The notes beneath the pieces were generated by a model. It was not told the DNA's origin, made no database searches, and saw only the letters and a program-made list of their open reading frames with translations. A program made the position numbers and the translations under genes. Of a stretch of DNA of 64,000 nucleotides, positions 18,700 to 28,379 are shown in pieces. The stretch comes from an uncultured Gemmatimonadales bacterium (GTDB lineage Bacteria; Gemmatimonadota; Gemmatimonadetes; Longimicrobiales; RSA9). How positions within the stretch are numbered: the stretch's first letter is position 1; every line of letters begins with the position of its first letter. The stretch covers positions 14,684-78,683 of the forward strand of contig CAWCUS010000005.1 of assembly GCA_963798845.1 (NCBI GenBank), in the 5' to 3' direction.

Positions 18700-20144
18700 G
18701 CCGCGTGCGCACCCGCTTCGCCCCGAGCCCTACGGGAAGCCTGCACGTCGGCAACGCGCGCCTGGCCATCCTGAACTGGGCCGTCGCGCGCCACCACGGC
18801 GGGGAGTTCGTGCTCCGGATCGAGGACACGGACCTGGCCCGCAACCTGGCCGGGGCGGAAGCGGAGCTGATGGAGGACCTCCGGTGGCTCGGCCTCGAGT
18901 GGGACGAGGGTCCGGACGCCGGCGCGGGCGACGTGGGGCCCCACTCGCCATATCGGCAGAGCCAGCGACTCGACCGCTACGACGCCGCCGCCCGGTCGCT
19001 CCTGGAGCGTGGAAGCGCCTATCGCTGCTTCTGCACCGCTGAAACGCTGGAGGCGGAGCGCGAGCGGGCACGGGCGGAAGGGCGCAGCTTCCGTTATCCG
19101 GGCACCTGCCGTTCCCTCGACCCGGACGACGCCGCCCGACGGGCCCGGGCCGGGCAGCCCCACGTCCTGCGCCTCGCCACCCCCGGGGACGGGGCCGTGG
19201 TGGTGGCGGACGCCATCCACGGCGAGGTCCGCTTCGACGCGGCGGAGATCGGCGATTTCGTCCTGGTCCGCCCGGACGGGATTCCCACCTACAACTTCGC
19301 GGTGGTGGTGGACGACGTGGACATGGAGATCACGCACGTGATCCGGGGCGCCGGACACCTGAGCAACACGCCCCACCAGATCCTGGTCTACCGTGCGCTG
19401 GGCGCGCCGCTCCCGGTGTTCGCCCACGCGCCCACCGTCCTCGGCCCGGATCGCAAGAAGCTGTCGAAGCGCTCGGGCGCGCGCCCGCTCCGCGCGCTGC
19501 GCGAGGACGGGTTCCATCCAGACGCGGTGGTGAACTACCTGTCGCTCCTGGGCTGGTCGAGCCCGTCCGGTGAGGAGGTGCTGGAGCCGGAGCGGATCGT
19601 CCGGGAGATCACGCTGGACCGCGTCGGCGCCGCGGACGTCGTGTTCGACCCCGACAAGCTGGCCTGGCTTTCCGCCCGCCACATCGACCGCATGCCGCTC
19701 GAGGACCTGGCCAGGGCCACCCGTCCGTACCTCGTTGGGACCCGATTCGCCTCGCTGCTCGACGCCCGCTTCCCGGACGTCCTCGCGGCCGTGAGGAGCC
19801 ACCTCTCCACGTTCCATGACGTGGTCCGGCACCTCGACCCGTTCCTCGGCCGTGACCCGGAGGAGCCCGCTCCGCTGGACGCCGACGGGCGCCGCCTGGC
19901 CGCGGCGCTGCGGCACCGGCTCGAGACGCTGGAGCCGTGGGGCGACGACGCCATCGACGCTGCCATGCGCCTGGTGGGAAAGGAGGTCGGGGCTCGTGGG
20001 CGGTCCCTCTTCATGCCCGTCCGTCTCGCCCTCACCGGGGCCGAGCACGGTCCACCACTCCCCACGGTCATCCGGCTCCAGGGCAGGGAGCGGGCGCTCC
20101 GGCTCCTGGCGGACGCCGCTGCAGAACGGACCGGGGGCGTTTGA
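18696..20144 (+). CDS. gltX: Glutamate--tRNA ligase
   Basis: GTG 18696 (GTGA overlap with uvrC stop). Class I motifs PSPTGSLHVGNA (HIGH-type) and KLSKRSG (KMSKS-type). Confidence 0.93.
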   Translation: MSRVRTRFAPSPTGSLHVGNARLAILNWAVARHHGGEFVLRIEDTDLARNLAGAEAELMEDLRWLGLEWDEGPDAGAGDVGPHSPYRQSQRLDRYDAAARSLLERGSAYRCFCTAETLEAERERARAEGRSFRYPGTCRSLDPDDAARRARAGQPHVLRLATPGDGAVVVADAIHGEVRFDAAEIGDFVLVRPDGIPTYNFAVVVDDVDMEITHVIRGAGHLSNTPHQILVYRALGAPLPVFAHAPTVLGPDRKKLSKRSGARPLRALREDGFHPDAVVNYLSLLGWSSPSGEEVLEPERIVREITLDRVGAADVVFDPDKLAWLSARHIDRMPLEDLARATRPYLVGTRFASLLDARFPDVLAAVRSHLSTFHDVVRHLDPFLGRDPEEPAPLDADGRRLAAALRHRLETLEPWGDDAIDAAMRLVGKEVGARGRSLFMPVRLALTGAEHGPPLPTVIRLQGRERALRLLADAAAERTGGV

Positions 20145-20201
20145 CCCGTGGGCAAGGAGCCCCGTACATTTGGCGCTTATGCCGACTCCGGATCGGGTGC
20201 C

Positions 20202-21344
20202 ATGCGCGCGCTGATCTTCGACCCGTTCGCGGGAATCAGCGGGGACATGGTGTTGGGCGCGCTGGCGGACCTCGGGCTTCCGGTGGAGTCGCTGCAGGGC
20301 GTGATCGAGGCCCTCGGCCTGCCGGGGAGAGCGGTGGTAGAACGGGTGGACCGGTGCGGGCTCGCGTGCGCGCGCGTGCGTTTCGAGCTGCCCGAGGAGG
20401 ACTCGGCGCGCCACCTCGGCGACATTCTCGAGATGGTCGAGCGCAGCGAGCTGGCCCCGTGCGTGAAAGAGAAAGCCGCCGCCGTATTCCGGCGGCTCGC
20501 AGAGGCGGAGGCGGCGGTCCACGGGGTGGACCTCGAGCGCGTTCACTTCCACGAAGTCGGGGCGCTGGACTCGATCCTCGACGTCGTGTGCGCAGCGGCC
20601 GGACTGCACGAGCTCGGCGTCGAGCGCGTGTTCGTCCGTCCGGTCGCCGTCGGCTCGGGGATGCTGGAGATGGCGCACGGCACGTATCCGCTCCCGGCGC
20701 CGGCGACGGCACGGCTGCTCGAAGGACTCTCGGTGCGCGAGACGGGGTGGCCGGAAGAGTGCACGACGCCCACGGGCGCCGCCCTCATGGCCGCGCTGGC
20801 CGAGGGACCACCCCCGGCGGAGATGGTGTACGGGCGCTCCGGGTTCGGCGCGGGCGAGCGCGATCCCGCGGGACGACCGAACTGCCTGAGGGTGATCGAG
20901 AGCACGGTGCCGGAACGGGCGCCCGCGGTGCACCTGGTCCAGGCGGACCTGGATGACCTGTCCGCGGAGTACGTGGCCGGGGCGAGGGAGCCGCTCATGT
21001 CAGCGGGCGCGCTCGACGTCGTGCTCGTTGCGGTCGTCATGAAGAAGGGGCGCCCGGGCGTTCGGCTGGAGGCGCTCGTTCCCGAGCCGGCGCTGGGCGC
21101 CGTGATCGAAGCGGTGTTCCGGGAGACGCGGACCATCGGCGTGCGCCACTGGCCGGTGGAACGGGCCGTGCTGGCTCGGCAGGAGGAGGTGGTGGAGTGG
21201 CGGGGGCAGCGGGTCCGTCGCAAGCGGGTCCGGCTTCCCGATGGCACAACCCGCGCGAAGCCGGACTACGACGACGTGGTGGCGGCGGCGCGGGCGCTTG
21301 GGCTGGCGCCACACGAGGTGCGTGAGAGACTGGACGATGTATAG
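20202..21344 (+). CDS. larC: LarC-family nickel insertion protein (DUF111)
   Basis: Start trimmed to ATG 20202. N-terminus MRALIFDPFAGISGDMVLGALADLG is the LarC/DUF111 signature. Confidence 0.85.
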   Translation: MRALIFDPFAGISGDMVLGALADLGLPVESLQGVIEALGLPGRAVVERVDRCGLACARVRFELPEEDSARHLGDILEMVERSELAPCVKEKAAAVFRRLAEAEAAVHGVDLERVHFHEVGALDSILDVVCAAAGLHELGVERVFVRPVAVGSGMLEMAHGTYPLPAPATARLLEGLSVRETGWPEECTTPTGAALMAALAEGPPPAEMVYGRSGFGAGERDPAGRPNCLRVIESTVPERAPAVHLVQADLDDLSAEYVAGAREPLMSAGALDVVLVAVVMKKGRPGVRLEALVPEPALGAVIEAVFRETRTIGVRHWPVERAVLARQEEVVEWRGQRVRRKRVRLPDGTTRAKPDYDDVVAAARALGLAPHEVRERLDDV

Positions 21345-21398
21345 GCAGAAACCGATCCGGCAGGAGAGAACAAGCTCATGATCAAGGGAGGAATCCGG

Positions 21399-22892
21399 AT
21401 GAACCGGCGCAGCGGGCTCATCCTGGCACTCGCCGTCACGTTCCTGGGTGGCTGTGCGACCGGCACGGGGGGCGCGGCAACGAGCGGCGAGGACGGGGGC
21501 AACCGGCCGCGTGACAACGAGAATACGCGCGCAGCGAGCGTGCACCTCGTGCAGGCGGCCACGGCGGAGGGAGAGCAGGCGAAGACGCACTTCCAGGAGG
21601 CGCTGGACGAGGCGCTCCAGGCGATCAGCGCCGATTCAACGAATCCGAAAGCGTATCTCCTGGCCGGGCAGGCGGCCGTGGGTGTGGAGCACTGGGCGCA
21701 GGCGGACAGCATGTTCTCGCGGGCGCTGGAGCTGCATCCCGCGTACGCGGACCAGATCGCGTCCGAGCGGGAGCAGGGCTGGGTGAACGCGTACAACCAG
21801 GGCGCGGCGGCGCTGAACGCGGGTGACACGCAGAAGGCGCTGTCGTATTTCCAGGGCGCGGACCTGATGTACGCGGAGCGGCCGGAGGCCAGGGTCGCGA
21901 TCGGGTCGATTTACGCGCGCACCGGCGAGCCGCAGAAGGCGCTGGAGGCATACAGCGGCGCGCTGGAGATCCTGAACGGGCCGATCCCGGAAGGGATGGG
22001 AGAGGAACAGGCGGCGAACTGGCGCGAGGACCGCAAGGGCGTGGCCCTGAGCGCGGCGCAGCTGGCGGCCCAGACGGGCGATTACGAGCAGGCGGCGGAC
22101 ATCCTGGGCAAGATGCTGACCGAGGCGGACTCCCTGGACGAGAGCACGAAGCTGAGCGCACTGACGGCCCGGGCCGGGTACCTGGCGCAGGCGGGTCAGC
22201 CGGACTCGGCCGAAGCGATCTACGACCAGGTCCTCGAACGCTCGGACCTGAGCAGCCAGGACTATTTCCAGATCGGGATCGGCTTCTTCAACACGGGAGA
22301 CTACGACCGCGCGGCCGACGCGTTCGACAAGGCTGCCGAGCTGAACCCGTACTCCCGGGATGCGCTGCTGAACCTGGTGCAATCGCTCTACTCGCAGGCG
22401 ATGGACCTGGAGAAGGCGGAAGCGTCGCCGGATCGGAACCAGCAGCTGAACGCGATCTACGACCGCATCCTCGCGGCCGCGCAGCAGGTCCGCGACTTCG
22501 ATCCACTGAACCGGAACCTGCTGAGCTTCATGCTGCGGGCGTATCGGGGAAAGGCGGAGCTGGCCAGTGGCGCCGAGGCGAAGCAGCTGACGCAGAAGAC
22601 GCAGGAGCTCTACCGGACCTACCAGGGGCAGAAGTACGAGATCACGAACATCGCGCTCGCGCTCCAGGCCAACAACCAGGCCACGGTGACGGGGGACTTC
22701 GCCAACCTGTCCGGCGACCCGGGGCAGCAGGTGCAGATCCAGTTCCAGGTTCTGAGCCGCGACGGCCAGGTCCTCGACACCAGCACCGCGACGGTCACCG
22801 TGCCGGAGCAGAACGAGTCTGTGGGCTTCAAGACGAGTGTGGACCTTCCGAGCGGCGAGTTCGGGGGGTGGAAGTACCAGGTGACCGGCTGA
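21399..22892 (+). CDS. TPR-repeat lipoprotein
   Basis: ATG 21399 preceded by GGGAGG. Lipoprotein signal MNRRSGLILALAVTFLGGC, then multiple TPR-like repeats (AYLLAGQA, ALELHPAY, AAELNPYSRDALLNL). Confidence 0.75.
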   Translation: MNRRSGLILALAVTFLGGCATGTGGAATSGEDGGNRPRDNENTRAASVHLVQAATAEGEQAKTHFQEALDEALQAISADSTNPKAYLLAGQAAVGVEHWAQADSMFSRALELHPAYADQIASEREQGWVNAYNQGAAALNAGDTQKALSYFQGADLMYAERPEARVAIGSIYARTGEPQKALEAYSGALEILNGPIPEGMGEEQAANWREDRKGVALSAAQLAAQTGDYEQAADILGKMLTEADSLDESTKLSALTARAGYLAQAGQPDSAEAIYDQVLERSDLSSQDYFQIGIGFFNTGDYDRAADAFDKAAELNPYSRDALLNLVQSLYSQAMDLEKAEASPDRNQQLNAIYDRILAAAQQVRDFDPLNRNLLSFMLRAYRGKAELASGAEAKQLTQKTQELYRTYQGQKYEITNIALALQANNQATVTGDFANLSGDPGQQVQIQFQVLSRDGQVLDTSTATVTVPEQNESVGFKTSVDLPSGEFGGWKYQVTG

Positions 22893-22913
22893 TCACGGCG
22901 GCCATCCGATTTC

Positions 22914-22951
22914 GAGGAGGCGCCGGGCGCGAGTGGGTCCGGCGCCTCCTC
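22914..22951 (+). terminator. GC-rich hairpin after TPR lipoprotein gene
   Basis: Perfect 13-bp stem GAGGAGGCGCCGG / CCGGCGCCTCCTC with 12-nt loop, 22 nt after the stop. No U-tract. Confidence 0.5.
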
Positions 22952-23045
22952 TGCATCCGACGTCGGGACCGACGGGTCGGCGTACGCTTCTTGCACCGAC
23001 CGCTCCCGATCTGAACGCGTTTTCGGAACCGGAGCGACGCGAGCC

Positions 23046-23654
23046 ATGAACGAATGCCCGGAGTGCGGGGCGCTTGTGCACGAGAGCCACGCCATCTGCC
23101 CCGCGTGCGGCCACGACCTGCGAGAGGAGACGCGACGCTGCGCGCACTGTGGCGAGACCATTGCCGCCGGCGCGAAGGTATGCCCCGTGTGCGGTCACCT
23201 CTCGTCACCCGCCCGCTGCGCCCGTCATCCGGACCGGCAAGCGCCCGGGCAGTGCGCCCTGTGCGGAACCCCCGTGTGCGAGGAGTGCGATGCCGGAACC
23301 CGGCAGTACCACCGCTGCCCCGACCACGCAAACGTCGCGATCATAGAGGGGTGGGCGCAGGTCCACGCGATCCCCGACGAGGTGGAGGCCGGGCTGATCG
23401 AGGACAACCTCCGGGCGGAGGGGATCGACTCGCGGATCCTGTCGCAGAAGGACCACTCGGCATTCCCGGTTGAGTTCGGCGACCTCGCCCGTGTGCGAAT
23501 CCTGGTGCCCACGTATGCGTTCGCGGAGGCGGAGCGGATCATCGCCGCGCACACCGACACCGCGGGGGAGGTCACCTTCGGCTGCCCCAACTGCGGCGAG
23601 CCCTACGACGAGGGGCAGACGGTGTGCGAAGCGTGCGGCGAGGCGCTCGTCTGA
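23046..23654 (+). CDS. Multi-zinc-ribbon / B-box-like / DUF2007-like protein
   Basis: 202 aa. CPECG..CPACG, CAHCG..CPVCG, B-box-like CARHPD..CALCGTPVCEEC..HRCPDH, a central alpha/beta segment, then a terminal ribbon CPNCG..CEACG. Confidence 0.65.
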   Translation: MNECPECGALVHESHAICPACGHDLREETRRCAHCGETIAAGAKVCPVCGHLSSPARCARHPDRQAPGQCALCGTPVCEECDAGTRQYHRCPDHANVAIIEGWAQVHAIPDEVEAGLIEDNLRAEGIDSRILSQKDHSAFPVEFGDLARVRILVPTYAFAEAERIIAAHTDTAGEVTFGCPNCGEPYDEGQTVCEACGEALV

Positions 23655-23805
23655 ACACCGCGGAGGGGCAGGGGTACTGATCGCCGCCGACCACACGAAG
23701 CGGCCGGTTGAGAGCGCTCCGGTCGACGCCTATCTTGGGTCCAGCACGGCGCGCGAAGGAGCACGGGGGCGGTCCGCGGGCCGCCCTTCGTCGTGAAAGG
23801 TAGCC

Positions 23806-25089
23806 ATGATCCGGATCGCCGAAATCCTGCCCGACAGCATCGCCGACGAGCTCCGGCTCCGCATCGGCAGCCGCGTCGTGCGGATCAACGGCGAGGCGGT
23901 CCGTGACACGATCGACTTCCGCTTCATGGAGGCGGAGGTGCGTCTGGAGCTGGAGGTCCACGAGCCCGGGAGCGGCGTGGACGACGTCGTCGTCTACGAC
24001 ATCGAGAAGGACGCAGCGGAAGGGCTGGGCATCGTCCCGGCGCCCGACACGGTGCGCGAGTGCGCCAACAAGTGCGTTTTCTGCTTCATCGACGGGAACC
24101 CGCCGGCGGCGAGGCGGGCGCTATACTTGAAAGACGACGACTTCCGCCTGTCCTTCACCTACGGCAGCTACGTGACGCTCACCAACCTCGGGCCGCGCGG
24201 GTTCGAGCGTCTCGTGGAGCAGCGCCTTTCACCGCTCTACGTTTCGGTCCACGCGACGGAGCCCGAGATCCGGATGCGCCTCCTGGGCGTGCCGCGAGGC
24301 GGCGACATCGTGGACCGGCTGCAGCAGCTCACGGACGCGGGTATCGAAGTTCACACCCAGGTCGTGCTCTGCCCGGGGTGGAACGATGGCGCCCACCTGG
24401 ACCGGACCATCGACGACCTGTGGGCCCTCGGAGCGCGCGTCCTGTCGCTGTCCGTTGTGCCGGTGGGGCTGACGCGGTATAACCTGGAGCGCCCCGTCCG
24501 GCTCCTCACGCGCGGCGAGGCGGCGGATGCGATCGCCCAGGTCGAGCGCGGCCGGGAGCGGGCGCTGCGAGCGCGCGGCACCGGGTGGGCGTACGCGGCC
24601 GACGAGATGTTCCTGCTGGCCGGTCGGGAGGTTCCGGGCGACCGCTACTATGACGACTGGCCGCTCACGGAGAACGGGGTGGGTGCCGTGCGGGCGTTCC
24701 TCGACGACGTGGCGCAGCTGCTGCGCTCACCGCCGCGACTGACGGGCCGGAACATCGCCGTGGTGACCGGCGCGAGGATGGCCGAGGTCATGACGCCCCT
24801 CGTCGCCCGGGTGGCCAACGCCACGGGCGCCCGGCTCACGCTCGTCCCCGTGGAGAACCACCACTTCGGGCGGACCGTCACGACGGCCGGGCTCCTGGCC
24901 GGTGCGGACATCCTCGCCAGCATGCGTGCGGCGCCGGACGTCGGGGCCGACACCGTCCTCATCCCGGCGGAAGCGTTGAACGACGATCGGCTCTTCATCG
25001 ACAGCATGCCCCTGGCCGGGCTGAGCGCCGCGCTCTCCGGCGACGTGGTCCCGGCCTACCTCCTGGGCAGCGCGCTGAGGGACCTGTGA
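23806..25089 (+). CDS. DUF512 protein (PDZ-like N-terminus + radical-SAM-like Cx3Cx2C)
   Basis: 427 aa with CANKCVFCF (Cx3Cx2C) and LYLKDDDFRLSFTYGSYVTLTNL. Conserved position immediately upstream of der. Confidence 0.8.
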   Translation: MIRIAEILPDSIADELRLRIGSRVVRINGEAVRDTIDFRFMEAEVRLELEVHEPGSGVDDVVVYDIEKDAAEGLGIVPAPDTVRECANKCVFCFIDGNPPAARRALYLKDDDFRLSFTYGSYVTLTNLGPRGFERLVEQRLSPLYVSVHATEPEIRMRLLGVPRGGDIVDRLQQLTDAGIEVHTQVVLCPGWNDGAHLDRTIDDLWALGARVLSLSVVPVGLTRYNLERPVRLLTRGEAADAIAQVERGRERALRARGTGWAYAADEMFLLAGREVPGDRYYDDWPLTENGVGAVRAFLDDVAQLLRSPPRLTGRNIAVVTGARMAEVMTPLVARVANATGARLTLVPVENHHFGRTVTTAGLLAGADILASMRAAPDVGADTVLIPAEALNDDRLFIDSMPLAGLSAALSGDVVPAYLLGSALRDL

Positions 25090-26411
25090 GTCGCGCCCTC
25101 CCATCCGTCGCCGTGGTCGGCCGTCCCAACGTGGGCAAGTCCACGCTGTTCAACCGCGTCGTGGGGCGGCGTCAGGCCATCGTGGACGATACCCCCGGCG
25201 TGACGCGGGATCGGAACTTCGCACGCGCGGAATGGGTTGGCCGGGAGTTCTACATCGTGGACACCGGCGGGCTGGAAGTCGACGTGGACGAGCCGCTGGC
25301 GATCGCGATCCGGCGCCAGGTGGAGGCCGCGCTCGAGGAGGCCCAGGTGATCGCGTTCGTCGTGGACGCCAAGGCGGGCGTGCAGCCGCTGGACCGGAAG
25401 ATCGCCGACCTGCTCCGGCGCACGGAGGTCCCCGTGGTCCTGGTGGTGAACAAGGCCGACTCGCTCCCCGAGGACCTGTCGCACCTGGAGTTCTGGGAGC
25501 TGGGGATCGGCGAGCCGCATCCGGTGAGCGCGCTTTCGGGGAAGGGGTCCGGCGACGTACTGGACGTGCTGGTCGGGCACTTCCCCGAGGGAGAGCAGAC
25601 CCCCGAAGACGTCCTCTCGGTCGCGGTCATCGGCAAGCCGAACGTGGGGAAGTCGAGCTTCATCAACCGGCTCCTCGGCGAGGAGCGGCTGGTGGTGAGC
25701 GAGGTCGCCGGTACCACCCGCGACAGCATCGACACGCCCATGCGGTATCACGGCCGAACGCTGATGTTCGTGGACACCGCCGGGCTCCGCCGCCAGGCCA
25801 GGATCCACGAAAGCCTGGAGTACTACAGCGCGCTCCGTACCGAGCAGGCGGTCGAGCGTGCCGACATCTGCCTCCTCCTCCTGGACGGAACCGAGCCGGC
25901 TCACGTCCAGGACCTCAAGATCGCGGAGAAGGCCTGGGAAGCCGGCTGCGGACTGGTGCTCGTCGTCAACAAATGGGACCTGGTGGAGAAGGACACCCGC
26001 ACCGCTGCCGCGTTCGAGAAACAGCTGCAGGAGCGTGCACCGTCCCTGCGGTGGGTGCCCATGGTGTTCACCTCCGCGCTCACCGGCCAGAGAGTGCAGC
26101 GCACCCTCGATCTCATCCTGCAGGTCGCCGACGAGCGGGCCCGCCGGGTCTCCACCTCGGAAGTCAACGACGCCGTGCGCGAACTGGCGGCCCGGCAGCC
26201 GCCGGGTCATTTTCGAGGCCAGGCCATCAAGCTGCTCTACGCCACCCAGGGCGGCGTGAATCCGCCGACGTTCGTGGTCTTCGTGAACAACCGCAACGGC
26301 GTGACGGACAATTACCAGCGGTACCTGTACAACGGCTTCCGGAATCGGTGGGGGTTCCTGGGCTCACCGCTGCGCATCAAGCTGCGCAGCCGCCGTGAGG
26401 CGGAACGGTGA
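25086..26411 (+). CDS. der: Ribosome-associated GTPase Der (EngA), tandem G domains
   Basis: 441 aa. Two P-loops GRPNVGKS and GKPNVGKS, two DTxG motifs (DTGG, DTAG), NKAD/NKWD, KH-like C-terminus. GTGA overlap upstream. Confidence 0.95.
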   Translation: MSRALPSVAVVGRPNVGKSTLFNRVVGRRQAIVDDTPGVTRDRNFARAEWVGREFYIVDTGGLEVDVDEPLAIAIRRQVEAALEEAQVIAFVVDAKAGVQPLDRKIADLLRRTEVPVVLVVNKADSLPEDLSHLEFWELGIGEPHPVSALSGKGSGDVLDVLVGHFPEGEQTPEDVLSVAVIGKPNVGKSSFINRLLGEERLVVSEVAGTTRDSIDTPMRYHGRTLMFVDTAGLRRQARIHESLEYYSALRTEQAVERADICLLLLDGTEPAHVQDLKIAEKAWEAGCGLVLVVNKWDLVEKDTRTAAAFEKQLQERAPSLRWVPMVFTSALTGQRVQRTLDLILQVADERARRVSTSEVNDAVRELAARQPPGHFRGQAIKLLYATQGGVNPPTFVVFVNNRNGVTDNYQRYLYNGFRNRWGFLGSPLRIKLRSRREAER

Positions 26412-27010
26412 CCTGGCTGCTGCTCGTTGCGTCCTACCTGCTCGGGGCGACGCCCACCAGCTATGTGGTGGGGCGCCTGGGCTATGGTGTGGATCTACGT
26501 GAAGTTGGAAGCGGTAACCTGGGAGCTACCAACACTTTCCGCGTCCTTGGATGGAAGGCTGCGCTCCCCGTGATGGTCATGGACGTGGGCAAGGGCTGGG
26601 TGCCCACTGCGCTGTTCCACCGCTGGGACGCGGCGGCGCCGGAATGGGCGCTAGCGTACGGGGCGGCGGCGATCGTGGGGCACGTGTACTCGCTGTACGT
26701 CGGGTTCAGGGGCGGCAAGGGTGTGGCGACGAGCGCCGGGGTGTTCCTGGCGCTGGCGCCCTGGGCGGTGCTGATCGGGTTCGTGGTCTGGGTGATCACG
26801 GTGGCGCTGACGCGCATCGTCTCGCTGGGCTCGCTCCTGGCGGCCGTGGTGCTGCCGATCGCCGTGTACGTCACGAACGAGCCCATGGTGGTGCGGTGGC
26901 TGTCTGTGGCGCTGTCGGCATTCGTGATCTACGCTCACCGGGCCAACATCCGGCGACTGCTGAGCGGGCAGGAGAACCGGTTCGGACGGAGCACAGAGGA
27001 AGCGTCATGA
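26408..27010 (+). CDS. plsY: Acyl-phosphate glycerol-3-phosphate acyltransferase PlsY
   Basis: 200 aa, polytopic. Signature GSGNLGATNTFR. GTGA overlap with der stop. der-plsY-gpsA order. Confidence 0.92.
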   Translation: MTWLLLVASYLLGATPTSYVVGRLGYGVDLREVGSGNLGATNTFRVLGWKAALPVMVMDVGKGWVPTALFHRWDAAAPEWALAYGAAAIVGHVYSLYVGFRGGKGVATSAGVFLALAPWAVLIGFVVWVITVALTRIVSLGSLLAAVVLPIAVYVTNEPMVVRWLSVALSAFVIYAHRANIRRLLSGQENRFGRSTEEAS

Positions 27011-28017
27011 AGGAGCCCATCGCGGTGGTGGGGGCGGGGAGCTGGGGAACGACGCTGGCGAACCTGCTGGCGAAGAAGGGCAACGAGGTCCGGCTCTGGG
27101 CGTTCGAGGAAGAGGTCACGCGTTCGGTCAACGGGGAGAGGCGCAACAGCGTGTACCTCCCGGACGTGGAGCTGGACGGTCAGCTGAGGGCGACGTCGGA
27201 CATCGGGGACGCGGTGGGCGGAGCCGGGGTGGTGGTGAGCGTGAGCCCGTCGCAGCACGTCCGAAAGGTCATGGGTGCCGCCGCGTCGTCCCTGTCCCCC
27301 GACGCGCTTCTCGTGAGCGCGTCGAAGGGGATCGAGACGCGAACCCTGGAGACCATGGCGGAGGTGCTGGAGGACATCCTGCCGGAGTCGACGCATCGTC
27401 GCGCCTGCTTCCTCTCGGGGCCCAGCTTCGCCACGGAGGTTTCGCGGGAGCATCCCACGGCGGTGACGGTGGCGAGCCGGGACACGGACGCGGCGAGGGA
27501 GGCGCAGGAGCTCTTCCAGACGGACTATTTCCGCGTCTACACGAGCCACGACGTCACGGGCGTGGAGCTGGGCGGGGCGCTGAAGAACGTGATGGCGCTG
27601 GCCGCGGGGATGATCGTGGGGCTTGGCTTCGGCCACAACACGCGCGCGGCGCTGATCACGCGCGGGCTCGCGGAGATGAGCCGCCTGGGGATCGCGCTGG
27701 GCGCCAACCCGCTCACGTTCGCCGGCCTGGCGGGGATGGGCGACCTGATCCTCACCTGTACGGGAGAGCTGAGCCGGAACCGGACGGTGGGTGTAGCGCT
27801 GGGGGAGGGGCGGAAGCTGGGCGAGGTGCTGGGGGCGATGCGGATGGTGGCGGAGGGCGTGGAGACGACGAGGGCGGCGTACGCGCTGTCGCGGCGGGAA
27901 GGGATCGAGATGCCGATCGTCGCCGAAGTCCACGCGGTGTTGTTCGAGGAGCGGCCGCCCGCGGAAGCGGTGCGGAACCTGATGCACCGGGAGCCCAAGC
28001 CGGAGCTGTGGCGGTGA
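27007..28017 (+). CDS. gpsA: NAD(P)H-dependent glycerol-3-phosphate dehydrogenase GpsA
   Basis: ATG 27007 (ATGA overlap). IAVVGAGSWGTTLA Rossmann, GALKNVMALAAG, LSRNRTVG. Confidence 0.93.
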   Translation: MKEPIAVVGAGSWGTTLANLLAKKGNEVRLWAFEEEVTRSVNGERRNSVYLPDVELDGQLRATSDIGDAVGGAGVVVSVSPSQHVRKVMGAAASSLSPDALLVSASKGIETRTLETMAEVLEDILPESTHRRACFLSGPSFATEVSREHPTAVTVASRDTDAAREAQELFQTDYFRVYTSHDVTGVELGGALKNVMALAAGMIVGLGFGHNTRAALITRGLAEMSRLGIALGANPLTFAGLAGMGDLILTCTGELSRNRTVGVALGEGRKLGEVLGAMRMVAEGVETTRAAYALSRREGIEMPIVAEVHAVLFEERPPAEAVRNLMHREPKPELWR

Positions 28018-28379
28018 GCGATCGACCGATCATCCGGAAGGAATACTACGCCATCGGCGAGGTGTGCGAGCTGGTGGGGCTGAAGCCGCACGTGCTGCGC
28101 TACTGGGAGAGCCAGTTCGCGCCGCTGAAGCCGTCCAAGAACCGGGCGGGCAACCGGGTATACCAGCGCAAGGAGATCCGGCTGATTCTGCTCGTGAAGC
28201 AGCTGCTGTACGAGGAGAAGTACACGATCGACGGAGCCCGGCAGCGCCTGGAGGAACTGCGCAGGGAGGACGGGCTGGAAGAGGCCACGCGGCGCACGCT
28301 CGACGCCACCGCCGTGGAAGAGATCCGGGCGGAGCTCAGGGCGGTCCTGGACCTCCTCAGGATCAACGCCGGGGAATGA
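28008..28379 (+). CDS. MerR-family transcriptional regulator
   Basis: 123 aa with HTH YYAIGEVCELVGLKPHVLRYWE and a C-terminal coiled coil. Confidence 0.8.
   Translation: MAVSDRPIIRKEYYAIGEVCELVGLKPHVLRYWESQFAPLKPSKNRAGNRVYQRKEIRLILLVKQLLYEEKYTIDGARQRLEELRREDGLEEATRRTLDATAVEEIRAELRAVLDLLRINAGE

Noticed and set aside
7159-20933. Other long minus-strand ORFs (7159-9291, 10671-12695, 13859-15298, 16603-18684, 18390-20933)
   Set aside because: All are antisense to motif-supported genes (lpxB, nadB, bshC, uvrC, gltX, larC). All have the compositional signature of out-of-frame GC-rich translation.
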